A stretch of 62,975 nt of DNA, filler included, from a bacterium (GTDB taxonomy: Bacteria; JBBIVP01), in assembly GCA_037439705.1 (NCBI GenBank). It is 16 parts of 16 records of this genome, joined end to end, with 100 filler letters (N's around TTAATTAATTAA, not from the genome) between each part and the next. Parts side by side here need not be neighbours in the genome. Positions count along the whole stretch, not along the records: positions 8,480 to 12,611 come from JBBIVP010000179.1; positions 12,712 to 16,838 come from JBBIVP010000180.1; positions 16,939 to 21,056 come from JBBIVP010000181.1; 13 more parts are not named here. One strand, 5' to 3'. Under the pieces are notes generated by a model. The model was not told the DNA's origin. It worked only from the letters and a program-made list of their open reading frames with translations, and ran no database searches. The position numbers and the translations under genes were made by a program. Every line of letters starts with the position of its first letter. Position 1 is the first letter of the stretch. Shown in pieces: positions 9,638 through 19,273 of this stretch.

Positions 9638-10969
9638 TGAGGTTTCCCACAAAACCTCTGAAAATGTGGGGTGAAGGTGATGGGTCAATGCAATTTCTTC
9701 AATGGTTATTCCTTTGAGGAGGAGAAGTCCAAGATAATTTACAATTTCTGTAGCATGAGGTGAAACTAACTGAAATCCAAGAATTTTTTTTGTTTTCTTA
9801 TCAAAGGTAATTTTAACAATTCCCCCGATTTCTCCCTCAGCATGAGCCCTTCCTATCTCTCTTACTAAGGAGGATCTTTCTTCAATCTCATATCCTCTTT
9901 TTTGTGCTTCCTTTGATGTTAAACCAACCCATGCAACTTCAGGATTTGTAAAAATTCCACCCGGTATAAACTCTTTTGGATAAGGTTTCTTCTCTCCTGT
10001 TATAATTTTTGTAAGGAAAACTGCCTGAAGGTATCCTGCATAGGCTGTGAGGGAAATTCCATTACAATCACCTATTGCATAAATTCCCTTTACCGATGTC
10101 TCAAAATTTTCGTTAACCCTTATCCATCCACCACCTGTTTCTATTCCAGCAGGGTTCAACCCTTCTATATTCGCTCTTCTCCCTGCGGCAATTATCACGA
10201 GGTCGGCGGAAATTTCTTCCCCGGAATTAAAACGAAGTTTCACTGAACCGCGGTCTTCTTCAAACCTTTCAACCTTCTTTCCTGCAAGGACCTTTATCCC
10301 CCCCTTCTCCAGTTCCCTCCTCATTGTATCTGCTATATCTTTATCAAGAAACGGAAGAATATGTTCCATTATTTCAACAATTGTTACCTTTGTTCCGAGA
10401 CCTGAAAAAATCTGAGCCATCTCACAGCCTATCGCTCCGCCACCGATTATGCAGAGAGTGGATGGAGGATTTTTTAACCATTCAAATGATTCCTCTCCGG
10501 AAATTATTCTCCTGCTTTTTTTAAATGGTGAAGGAAAAAGAGGAACCGAACCAACCGCGATCACCATTCCATTAGATGAGATTTTATTTCCGTCAACATT
10601 TATGGTTTTTTCATCCTCAAACCGTGCAAATCCCTTTATTATTTTTAGACCGGATTTTTGAAGGTCATTGAGAATCCCGTTTTTTAAAATTCTCACAACA
10701 TTTTCCTTTCTTTTAAGGATTTCCTCTCCTGAAATAGAAACGTCCACTTTTAGAACAAACTCACCACTTTTTACTCCTTTTAAAAAACCCGAATATCTTT
10801 TTATGGACGAAAGAATTGCCTTGGTAGGAATACAGCCACTGTTAAGACATATTCCACCGATTTCATCCTTTTCTACGAGAATTATCTTTTTTCCTGAAAG
10901 CGAAAGGAATTTCGCACACGAATACCCTGCAGGTCCACCACCAATTACTATGAATTCACTTTTCTCCAT
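9617..10969 (-). CDS. lpdA: dihydrolipoamide dehydrogenase-like flavoprotein
   Basis: GGGPAG, GGICLNSGCIPTK, GGGAIGCE, HPTFSE. Confidence 0.88.
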   Translation of the reverse strand: MEKSEFIVIGGGPAGYSCAKFLSLSGKKIILVEKDEIGGICLNSGCIPTKAILSSIKRYSGFLKGVKSGEFVLKVDVSISGEEILKRKENVVRILKNGILNDLQKSGLKIIKGFARFEDEKTINVDGNKISSNGMVIAVGSVPLFPSPFKKSRRIISGEESFEWLKNPPSTLCIIGGGAIGCEMAQIFSGLGTKVTIVEIMEHILPFLDKDIADTMRRELEKGGIKVLAGKKVERFEEDRGSVKLRFNSGEEISADLVIIAAGRRANIEGLNPAGIETGGGWIRVNENFETSVKGIYAIGDCNGISLTAYAGYLQAVFLTKIITGEKKPYPKEFIPGGIFTNPEVAWVGLTSKEAQKRGYEIEERSSLVREIGRAHAEGEIGGIVKITFDKKTKKILGFQLVSPHATEIVNYLGLLLLKGITIEEIALTHHLHPTFSEVLWETSLKGIFK

Positions 10970-10980
10970 TTTTGAATTTT

Positions 10981-11054
10981 TGGCTGGGGAGAGAGGATTC
11001 GAACCTCTACTAACGGATCCAGAGTCCGCCGTCCTGCCGTTAGACGACTCCCCA
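10981..11054 (-). tRNA. tRNA-Gln(CTG) with encoded CCA
   Basis: tggggagtcgtctaacggcaggacggcggactCTGgatccgttagtagaggttcgaatcctctctccccagcca folds as a cloverleaf; TTGAAA-16-TAAAAT promoter at 11064-11091. Confidence 0.97.
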
Positions 11055-11111
11055 CTTAATTTTATTTTACAATGTTTTTTAATTTTTTCAAACTAATTTT
11101 TCTGGCTCAAA

Positions 11112-11675
11112 TCAATTCCTTCTTCTTATAATAGAAAGTCCAACCGGAATGTAACTAAGAACCGCAATGATGGCGGAAAGGATGGATATGTAAAGAAAGA
11201 AAAATTTTAGAATTTTTGTTGGCTGAGACCCATTTATAAAAGCGTCAATCATAACGAAAAGGAGATAAACGCCTTCAAGAAACATTGCTGATTTTCCTGC
11301 AAATGTCGGATTTATCGGAACATTTTTCTTTATCAAATACAATACCCCTATGGAAATGGTTATAAAAGCATCCTTTCCAATAAAAATGCATCCTGCCCAG
11401 AGGGGAATGAATCCCTTTAGAGAAAAAACTATGATTGTTGGAACCACGAAAATTTTGTCTGCTGAAGGGTCAAGAAAGGCTCCTGTTTTAGTTATCATTT
11501 TAAACCTTCTCGCAATGAATCCGTCAAGGAGGTCGGTGATACCTCCTATGAGAAACATATAGAATGCAAGGTGAATTCTGTTCTTCATAATGCTGTGCAC
11601 TATAAATGGAACAAGCAAAATCCTAAGGGAGGTCAAAACATTTGGAATTGTTATCTCAATTTTTTTATCCTTCAC
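11112..11675 (-). CDS. CDP-alcohol phosphatidyltransferase (PgsA-like)
   Basis: IPNVLTSLR, TDLLDGFIAR..G..LDP.ADK. Confidence 0.92.
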   Translation of the reverse strand: MKDKKIEITIPNVLTSLRILLVPFIVHSIMKNRIHLAFYMFLIGGITDLLDGFIARRFKMITKTGAFLDPSADKIFVVPTIIVFSLKGFIPLWAGCIFIGKDAFITISIGVLYLIKKNVPINPTFAGKSAMFLEGVYLLFVMIDAFINGSQPTKILKFFFLYISILSAIIAVLSYIPVGLSIIRRRN

Positions 11676-12115
11676 ATCTCACCTCTTCTCATCTCCCTTT
11701 CCATATCCCTTCTCTTTATCTCCTCCCTTCTATCAATCTGTTTCTTCCCTTTAACAAGTCCTATCTCCACCTTTGCCCATTTGCCATCCTTAAAATAGAT
11801 GGATAAAGGAATGGCAGTCAGCCCTTTTGTTTTTATCTTCCCCATCAATCTGTCAATCTCCTTTCTTTTAAGGAGGAGTTTCCTATCCCTCTTCGGGTCA
11901 TATTTTTTATCGGGAGAGGCGTGGTATGGACTTATGTGAACATTAACCATAAAAGTTTCTCCGTTGGAAACAGTGATGTATCCGTCTGAGATATCAACTC
12001 TTCCTTCCCTCAATGACTTAACCTCTGAGCCCGTAAGAACAATTCCCGCCTCCATTCTTTCAAGAATTGTGTAATAATGAGGGGCTTTTCTGTTTGTTGC
12101 CACAACTTTCTTCAT
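11672..12115 (-). CDS. smpB: SsrA-binding protein
   Basis: NRKA, EAGIVLTGSEVKSLR, RKLLL. Confidence 0.97.
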   Translation of the reverse strand: MKKVVATNRKAPHYYTILERMEAGIVLTGSEVKSLREGRVDISDGYITVSNGETFMVNVHISPYHASPDKKYDPKRDRKLLLKRKEIDRLMGKIKTKGLTAIPLSIYFKDGKWAKVEIGLVKGKKQIDRREEIKRRDMEREMRRGEM

Positions 12116-12611
12116 TTTTTAATAAGTTCAAGGATTTGAGGAAAAATCTCTCCGGCTTTTCCTGTCATTGAAACGGTTACAAGATGAGAAACCGGGGTTT
12201 CATCTATGTTTATTTCTATAACAGGTTTTCCTCCTGAAATCACAATATGTACAAAGGAAGCAGCTGGTTGAACCACAGAAGAGGTTCCTGCGGTAATAAA
12301 AACATCGCATTGCCTTATTGCGGAGTAAGAGATTTGAAGAACCTCCTCAGGAATCGGTTCTCCGAACCATACAACCCCTGGTCTCAAATATCCTCCGCAG
12401 GATGGACATAAAGGTGGTAATTTCTCATGCTTTTCGTAAAAAAACCTCTCAAAATTGCAAACCGAACATATTTCCTTCCATATATTCCCATGAAACTCAA
12501 CCATTTTTTTGCTTCCGGCTTTTGAATGAAGTCCATCAACATTTTGGGTTATCAAAAGGAAATTTTCAAAAATATCTTCCATCTCATTTATTGCAATATG
12601 TGCCGGATTTG
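12112..12611 (-). CDS. cobB: NAD-dependent deacylase (sirtuin), 5' truncated
   Basis: NPAH, ITQNVDGLH, HG, two CxxC, RPGVVWFGE, GTS. Confidence 0.92.
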
Positions 12612-12711
12612 NNNNNNNNNNNNNNNNNNNNNNNNNNNNNNNNNNNNNNNNNNNNTTAATTAATTAANNNNNNNNNNNNNNNNNNNNNNNNNNNNNNNNN
12701 NNNNNNNNNNN

Positions 12712-12784
12712 CGCCAAAGAAAAATCTGGCACAACCAAAAAACATAAAAAATAAAACAAAAATCTCTCTTCTCATCTTTTTCAT
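12712..12784 (-). CDS. lipoprotein, signal peptide only (3' truncated)
   Basis: MKKMRREIFVLFFMFFGC; ATGA overlap with menA stop. Confidence 0.55.
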
Positions 12785-13674
12785 TCTATCAAAATCCCTA
12801 TTCCTGTTAGAATTGTTACTAAACCCTGAAGCATAATTGTCATACCCTGTGCAGGAACTAAATCCTTCCATATCTTAAAAGAGAAAAGCAGTTTGATAGC
12901 CCTTATCCCAAGCGGAATGGCGAGAATACTCATTAAAGAATATATTGGATAAACATTGGTAATTGAAAGGAGAATTATAGAGAGAAAACCAGCCAAAATA
13001 ATTAGAATGTAGCCGATTTTTGCCCTTTCTACGCCAAGTCTAACTACAAGATTCCTCTTTCCCGCACCACTATCTGCTTCTATGTCAGGAAATTGATTTA
13101 TCCAGAGAATACCTGTTGTAAAAATTCCGAAGGGAATACCTATAAGAAAATACTCTAACTCAATATCCCCTGTTATCACATAGCATGCCCCTCCTGTCAA
13201 AATTGGACCGAAAGCGAGAAAAATCGCAACCTCTCCAAGCCCCCTTGACATAAAATTAACAGGTGAGGCTGAATAGAGAAATCCAAGCATTGCTCCAATA
13301 AGGCCAAAAATGATGATGAGCTCTCTTCCATAAAAGAATAGAAAAATGCCGATTACTCCTGCGAGGATATAAAAAACAGAAGCAAATATGAAAACCTCCT
13401 TAGCATTCATTTCTCCGTTCAAAACAACCCTTGAACCTCCGCTAAAAGGTGTTGGATTTTTATTCAAGGGGTCTGAGCCAAAGGTATCGTAGTAGTCGTT
13501 CATAAGATTTGCACCGAGATGAAGAAAGAATGCACCAAGAACTGCTAAAATTGCATAGAAAAATGAAAACTCACCCTTCTTCCAGCACCAGATTGAGGCA
13601 ACAATTACAGGAAGAACTGATGCAGTAGTAAATGGGAGTCTTGTAGCCTTTAAGTAAATTCCTGCTCTACTCAT
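12781..13674 (-). CDS. menA: 1,4-dihydroxy-2-naphthoate prenyltransferase
   Basis: NLMNDYYD, FSGGS, NQFPDIEAD..GKRNL. Confidence 0.9.
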   Translation of the reverse strand: MSRAGIYLKATRLPFTTASVLPVIVASIWCWKKGEFSFFYAILAVLGAFFLHLGANLMNDYYDTFGSDPLNKNPTPFSGGSRVVLNGEMNAKEVFIFASVFYILAGVIGIFLFFYGRELIIIFGLIGAMLGFLYSASPVNFMSRGLGEVAIFLAFGPILTGGACYVITGDIELEYFLIGIPFGIFTTGILWINQFPDIEADSGAGKRNLVVRLGVERAKIGYILIILAGFLSIILLSITNVYPIYSLMSILAIPLGIRAIKLLFSFKIWKDLVPAQGMTIMLQGLVTILTGIGILIE

Positions 13675-14290
13675 TTTCACTCCCAAATCTCTTCTTTTTT
13701 ATTTCCTCTCTCATCTGATTGAGAAAATCCTCAGCCTTTTTATTCTTCTCTTCCCTTGCCTTCTTCAACTGGTTCTCAATTATTGATTCCGCTGCTGAAC
13801 GAAAATCACTTTCGCTTATGGAAACAAGCATAAAGACATCATAAAAATATCCTACTTTTCCACCTTCATATTCCTTATACTTTTCCCAGTAAACCTCCTC
13901 TTCCACAATTCCCTTAACAATGGTCTCTGAAAATGCTATCATACCATCGTTTATCACCCTTCCAACATCCTTATCATCTTGATGAATCCCGAGTTCCTTC
14001 CTTGCCCTTTCGTATGTAGCAAACATCTCTGTCTGTGCCATCTGGGAAATTCCCTTTATTGCGTCCATCCTCGCATCTGTCATTCCATCTTCATACGCAA
14101 CCGCCCTTGTCCTTGAACCCCTGAAAAATATCTTTCCTTCTTTTGGCTTTGGAACCTTCTTCAAAATCCATTCAGGCTTCTTATCATCGCTTCTCTCAAC
14201 TATCTCCCTTTCTCCTATCTCCTTTTTGACCTTTGCACCTGCACAGGAAATAAAGACTAATCCCATTACTCCAACTAAAACTCTTCTCAT
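13667..14290 (-). CDS. LPP20-like lipoprotein (paralog 2)
   Basis: Lipobox ISC, PEW, ARMDA, YWEKY, LVSIS. Confidence 0.75.
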   Translation of the reverse strand: MRRVLVGVMGLVFISCAGAKVKKEIGEREIVERSDDKKPEWILKKVPKPKEGKIFFRGSRTRAVAYEDGMTDARMDAIKGISQMAQTEMFATYERARKELGIHQDDKDVGRVINDGMIAFSETIVKGIVEEEVYWEKYKEYEGGKVGYFYDVFMLVSISESDFRSAAESIIENQLKKAREEKNKKAEDFLNQMREEIKKKRFGSENE

Positions 14291-14312
14291 AGTTTATCCC
14301 TCCTAATAATTC

Positions 14313-14930
14313 TTATTCGCCTTCCTCCTGGAAGACCTTTCTCTGCTGAACCTCGTTTCTCATCTTATCAAGGAATTGCTCAGCCTTTTCATTCTTCATA
14401 GCCCTTGCCTTCTCCATCTCCTTCTCAAAAACCCTTGCAGCTATTCTCTTATAATCATCCTCAGAAATGCTAACAAGGGTGTAGATATTGTAAAAATACC
14501 TAACTCCCTCATGTGTTATCTCCTCATATCTCTCAACGCAGGACTTCACCTCTTTCACACCCTGAACAATTGCATCTGAAAGGGCTATAAATGCATCCCT
14601 CACAACAGAACCTATATCTTTATCATCCTTTGGAATTCCATACTCAACCCTTGCCCTTTCATAATCCACATTAGCCTCAGTCTTGACCATCTCTGCAACC
14701 TGCTGGGCTGCGTGCATCCTTGCGTCATTCAATCCGCCCTCTTCGCTTACCGCTCCTGTCTTTGCTCCCCTGAAATAGGCTATTCCATCCTTTGTCTTCG
14801 GGATGCTGTAAATCCAATCCCCGCACTCACCCTTCTTGAGAAGAAGGGTCTGCGTGCCCACTGGCTTCTTTGCAGCACACGAAACCATCAAACCAACAAC
14901 CGCCACCATCCCAACTACTTTTACCTTCAT
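14313..14930 (-). CDS. LPP20-like lipoprotein (paralog 1)
   Basis: Lipobox VSC; colinear with 13667-14290; SD AAGGAGG and TTGAAT-17-TATAAT (14957-14985). Confidence 0.75.
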   Translation of the reverse strand: MKVKVVGMVAVVGLMVSCAAKKPVGTQTLLLKKGECGDWIYSIPKTKDGIAYFRGAKTGAVSEEGGLNDARMHAAQQVAEMVKTEANVDYERARVEYGIPKDDKDIGSVVRDAFIALSDAIVQGVKEVKSCVERYEEITHEGVRYFYNIYTLVSISEDDYKRIAARVFEKEMEKARAMKNEKAEQFLDKMRNEVQQRKVFQEEGE

Positions 14931-15000
14931 AGAAGCACCTCCTTAAATTTTTTTAAATTATATATCATCAGAAAACAAAATTCAAGAAAAAATAAATTTT

Positions 15001-16284
15001 TTATTTTTCATTCTCCTCTTTGTTCAACCTTCTCTTTATCTCATTTTCATATCCGGAAGATGAGGGATAATAAAATTTTTTCCCGGAGAGCTCTTCCGGA
15101 AGAAATCCCTTATACCCATCCTTCACCTTAGCGTATCCAAGTTTTTCCATAAGTTCTGTTGGAGCATTTCTTAAATGCATAGGAACAGGAAGTTCTCCTG
15201 TCCTTTTTACCTCTTCAAGGGCATTTATGTAAGCATTATAAGAAGCCTTGCTCTTCGGTGCTGTAGAAAGGTATATAACAGCCTGTGCAATGGGTATCCA
15301 TCCCTCAGGCATTCCTACCTTTTCAAAACCCTGCATTGCTGAAACTGCTACGGTCAGAGCCATCGGGTCAGCATTTCCTATATCCTCTCCTGCAAAAATT
15401 ATCATCCTCCTCAAAATATAAAGAGGGTCTTCACCCCCTTCAAACATCCTTCCCAGATAATAAATTGCTGCATCAGGGTCTCCACCCCACATACTCTTTA
15501 TAAAGGCTGAAATCAGGTTGTAATGCTCCTCACCATCCCTGTCATAATGAATTCCCTTCTCCGGAATTGCCCTGAGAATGTCTTCCTTTGCCAAAAGGTC
15601 ACCATAATTTTTTCCAGAAAAGGAAAAGGCTGTTTCAAGAAGGTTTATTCCTGACCTTAAATCTCCATCAGCAAATTGAAGAAGAAGGTCAAGAGCAGTA
15701 TCTTCTATTTTTGTCCCTTTAAGCCCATCAGAATGGTTTAAAACCATGTTGAAGATTTGCGTCATCTGGTCTCTACTGGGTTTCTTTAAAACAATGAGGG
15801 ACATCCTTGAAAGAAGGGATGTCTTCAAAACAAAGGAAGGATTTTCAGTCGTTGCACCGATGATTACAACCTCTCTCCTTTCAAGATACGGAAGTAAAAA
15901 ATCCTGTTGAGCCTTATTGAACCTGTGTATCTCATCTATGAATATGGTTGAATACTTGCCCGTTTTCTTTCTTATGATAATTCCGTCATCAATAGCCTTT
16001 TTTATATCCTTCAGAGAACAACTTCCTGCTGAAAATGAAAAGATAAACTCTGAAATTTCCCAGCCTATAGCGAGACCAAGGGTTGTCTTTCCGCTTCCGG
16101 GAGGTCCCCATATAATAAAAGAAGGAGGGGGATGAATTTTCAATCTGTTTTTTATAGACTCAATCACCTGTTTTTCACCTATTATTTCATCAAGTTTTCT
16201 TGGTCTCACCCTTTCATAAAGTGGAAGTTCTTCCCTCTTCCCTTCCTTTATATCAGATGAAAATAATGTCCAATTCTCAGCCAT
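15001..16284 (-). CDS. rarA: replication-associated recombination ATPase RarA/MgsA
   Basis: WGPPGSGKTT, IDEIHRFNKAQQD, GATTENPSF, HYNLISAFIKS. Confidence 0.95.
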   Translation of the reverse strand: MAENWTLFSSDIKEGKREELPLYERVRPRKLDEIIGEKQVIESIKNRLKIHPPPSFIIWGPPGSGKTTLGLAIGWEISEFIFSFSAGSCSLKDIKKAIDDGIIIRKKTGKYSTIFIDEIHRFNKAQQDFLLPYLERREVVIIGATTENPSFVLKTSLLSRMSLIVLKKPSRDQMTQIFNMVLNHSDGLKGTKIEDTALDLLLQFADGDLRSGINLLETAFSFSGKNYGDLLAKEDILRAIPEKGIHYDRDGEEHYNLISAFIKSMWGGDPDAAIYYLGRMFEGGEDPLYILRRMIIFAGEDIGNADPMALTVAVSAMQGFEKVGMPEGWIPIAQAVIYLSTAPKSKASYNAYINALEEVKRTGELPVPMHLRNAPTELMEKLGYAKVKDGYKGFLPEELSGKKFYYPSSSGYENEIKRRLNKEENEK

Positions 16285-16838
16285 ATATTTATTATTATAA
16301 TACCTCCAATATCACATAGCAACCCCACCTTCATCATCTCGGTAATTCTTATGTATCCGGATGAATAAACTATAGCATTCGGAGGAGTAGAGATGGGAAG
16401 CAGAAAAGCAAGACTGCAGGCATAACAGGTAGCAAGGGACGGTATAACCGGAGATATACCATTTTTCTGACAGAAGGAAATTACAAGGGGAATCAGCATA
16501 TTCGTTGCTGCTGTATTTGACATAATTTCTGTAAATATCACACCTATTATGCTGAAAAATAAAGTCACATAAAACACATCTTTCTGGCTCATAATAGAAA
16601 AAATCCTGTCCGAGAAAAAATTTCCGAGACCTGTTTTTATAATCATCTCTCCGAGAGTTAACCCTCCACCGAAAAGAAGAATTGTATCCCATTCTATCTC
16701 TTTGATAATTGATGGAGAAAGGGTGAATTTCAGATTCTTGAAATCAACGGGAATGAGGAAAAGGAGAATTGCTCCTCCAACTGAAGGACGAGCACCCTTG
16801 AATCCTTCCCAGCAACCCTCAAAATCCTCTCAGCAAAG
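16248..16838 (-). CDS. SLC13/DASS anion transporter, C-terminal part (5' truncated or chimeric)
   Basis: IEWDTILLFGGG, TEIMSNTA, AFLLPISTPPNAIVY. Confidence 0.85.
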
Positions 16839-17150
16839 NNNNNNNNNNNNNNNNNNNNNNNNNNNNNNNNNNNNNNNNNNNNTTAATTAATTAANNNNNN
16901 NNNNNNNNNNNNNNNNNNNNNNNNNNNNNNNNNNNNNNCAGAGGATACCAAGGAAAGCGATCCTAAATATGTGATAAAATGCTACAAAAATGATATATGG
17001 TGTGGATTTGAAATTGAGAAATCTGATAAGGTATAAGAAACACTTTCGTAGTTTTCTACTGGTTTACTTTATTGAGAAATTGTAGAGATGTTATAAATTA
17101 CCTAAGTTTTTACCTTATTTTATACACTAGGTCCAAGTAATCAAAATTTC

Positions 17151-17316
17151 GGCGTTCCTCAAAAATAATCTCTATGAAAAGGGTTTGTTTCCTCAAAATA
17201 ATTGAAATAAGGGCAACCATCCCTTACTCTAAAGAAAAAAAATTGAAAGGAGATGAGCAAGGTTGCCACAATACCAAAAGGAGTATACACAATGAGGGGT
17301 AAAATAGCAATCATTA
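17151..17316 (+). repeat. dispersed repeat C, copy 1 (left end internally duplicated)
   Basis: Near-identical to 26500-26640; ttcctcaaaa(a)taat occurs twice. Confidence 0.92.
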
Positions 17317-17381
17317 AAGCGAACGCTGTGGTTTACCAGAAGTCATCAAAGGGCACTTTTCAATAATTTTGTTTCTGTTTT

Positions 17382-17448
17382 ATTAGGACGAAGGTTTATT
17401 TAATAGATTGTAAGGCAAGGAGGGGTTTACGAGAGGACATGTTAAAAA
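17382..17448 (+). repeat. dispersed repeat B, 5' part
   Basis: ggtttatttaatagattg(t)aaggc.aggagggg..gttaaaaa matches the reverse complement of 55735-55799. Confidence 0.8.
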
Positions 17449-17470
17449 ATTATTAGTACCTTAAATAATT

Positions 17471-19264
17471 TTATTTTATCTTCAACACAGAAAGGAAAGC
17501 TTCCTGGGGAACTTCAACGCTACCTATCATCTTCATCTTCTTTTTTCCCTCCTTCTGTTTCTCAAGAAGTTTTCTCTTCCTTGTAACATCTCCTCCATAA
17601 CATTTGGCAGTTACATCCTTTCTCAAGGGTTTTATCGTCTCTCTCGCTATGACCCTGCTTCCTATGGCCGCCTGAATCGCCACCTCAAAAAGTTGTCTCG
17701 GAATAATCTCTCTGAGTTTTTTAACAAGTTCCCTTCCAACAGAATAGGCATTATCTTTGTGAACGAGCGTTGAAAGTGCATCAACCGGTTTTTTATTTAT
17801 AAGGATTTCAAGTTTCACAATATCGGATTTCCTGAATCCTATGAATTCATAATCCATTGAACCGTATCCCCTTGTGATGGACTTCAATTTATCATAAAAA
17901 TCCACCAGAATTTCAGCAAATGGAAGTTCATATTCAACAATAACCCTGCCTTTTCCAGCATACCTGAAATCCTTCTGAATCCCCCTTCTTCCTTCACAAA
18001 GAGAAAATATGCTTCCTATGAATTCATCAGGAGAATGAATTGTAACCCTTACATAAGGCTCCTCTATGCTTTCTATCAGATTAGGTTCGGGCATCTGAGA
18101 TGGACTTATTATTTCCTTTTCCTCTCCCTTTTTTATTTTCACCCTGTAAACCACATTTGGAGCAGTAATTATCAGTGATTGACCAAATTCCCTTTCAAGT
18201 CTTTCCCTCACCACATCCATGTGAAGAAGACCGAGAAAACCGCATCTGAAACCAAAACCAAGCGCTGCTGATGATTCAGGTTCAAAAAAGAAACCCGCAT
18301 CGTTCAAACTGAATTTTTCCATTGCATCTCTCAGCAGATGATAATCATCCGAATTCACCGGATAAAATCCAGCATATACCATTGATTTCAAAATCCTGAA
18401 GCCGGGAAGGGGGTATTTTGTAGGGTTCTTTGCATCCGTTATTGTGTCTCCAACTCTCACATCCTTTATGTTTTTTATTCCAGCCACTATAAAACCGACA
18501 TCTCCGGCGGAAATAACATTTTCATACACTTCAAACGGAGAAAAATATCCTAACTTCTGAACCTCAAATTCCTTTCCAGAAGACATAAATTTTATTTTTT
18601 GATTCACCCTCAATTCACCATCAAATACTCTCACAATAACAATAACACCGAGGTAATTGTCATACCAACTATCAAATACCATCGCTCTCAATGGCGCTCC
18701 GGGATCACCTTTTGGAGGAGGAACCATTTTTATCACACCTTCAAGAAGCTCTTTCACACCCCAGCCCTTTTTTGCGCTTATAAAGTATGTTTCCTTTGTA
18801 TCTATACCTATAACATCTTCAATCTGCTTCTTAACCCTTTCAGGAGCCGATCCCGGGAGGTCTATCTTGTTTATAGCGGGAATAATTTCAAGTCCTGACT
18901 CAAAAGCAAGCATAGCATTTGCTAAGGTTTGAGCCTCCACCCCCTGGACCCCATCAACAACAAGAATTGCTCCATCGCAGGCACTTATGCTTCTTGATAC
19001 CTCATAAGAAAAATCAACATGCCCTGGAGTATCTATAAGATTTAATTCGTAATCTTCATCATTATACTGATATTTCATCCTTACTGTCTGCGCTTTTATA
19101 GTGATTCCCCTTTCCCTTTCTATTTCAAGATTGTCAAGAAACTGTTCTCTCATTTTTGAGGCTGGCACAGTCCCCGTGATCTCCAAAAATCTATCAGCAA
19201 GAGTAGATTTGCCATGGTCTATATGTGCTATTATACAAAAATTTCTCTTTCTCCTTATATCCAC
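17471..19264 (-). CDS. lepA: elongation factor 4
   Basis: [38 protein letters not shown]. Confidence 0.98.
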   Translation of the reverse strand: MDIRRKRNFCIIAHIDHGKSTLADRFLEITGTVPASKMREQFLDNLEIERERGITIKAQTVRMKYQYNDEDYELNLIDTPGHVDFSYEVSRSISACDGAILVVDGVQGVEAQTLANAMLAFESGLEIIPAINKIDLPGSAPERVKKQIEDVIGIDTKETYFISAKKGWGVKELLEGVIKMVPPPKGDPGAPLRAMVFDSWYDNYLGVIVIVRVFDGELRVNQKIKFMSSGKEFEVQKLGYFSPFEVYENVISAGDVGFIVAGIKNIKDVRVGDTITDAKNPTKYPLPGFRILKSMVYAGFYPVNSDDYHLLRDAMEKFSLNDAGFFFEPESSAALGFGFRCGFLGLLHMDVVRERLEREFGQSLIITAPNVVYRVKIKKGEEKEIISPSQMPEPNLIESIEEPYVRVTIHSPDEFIGSIFSLCEGRRGIQKDFRYAGKGRVIVEYELPFAEILVDFYDKLKSITRGYGSMDYEFIGFRKSDIVKLEILINKKPVDALSTLVHKDNAYSVGRELVKKLREIIPRQLFEVAIQAAIGSRVIARETIKPLRKDVTAKCYGGDVTRKRKLLEKQKEGKKKMKMIGSVEVPQEAFLSVLKIK

Positions 19265-19273
19265 AGAACAGGT

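Noticed and set aside
12112-12611. Sirtuin as a Thoeris/DSR-type effector
   Set aside because: Canonical Zn-binding CobB in an smpB-pgsA operon
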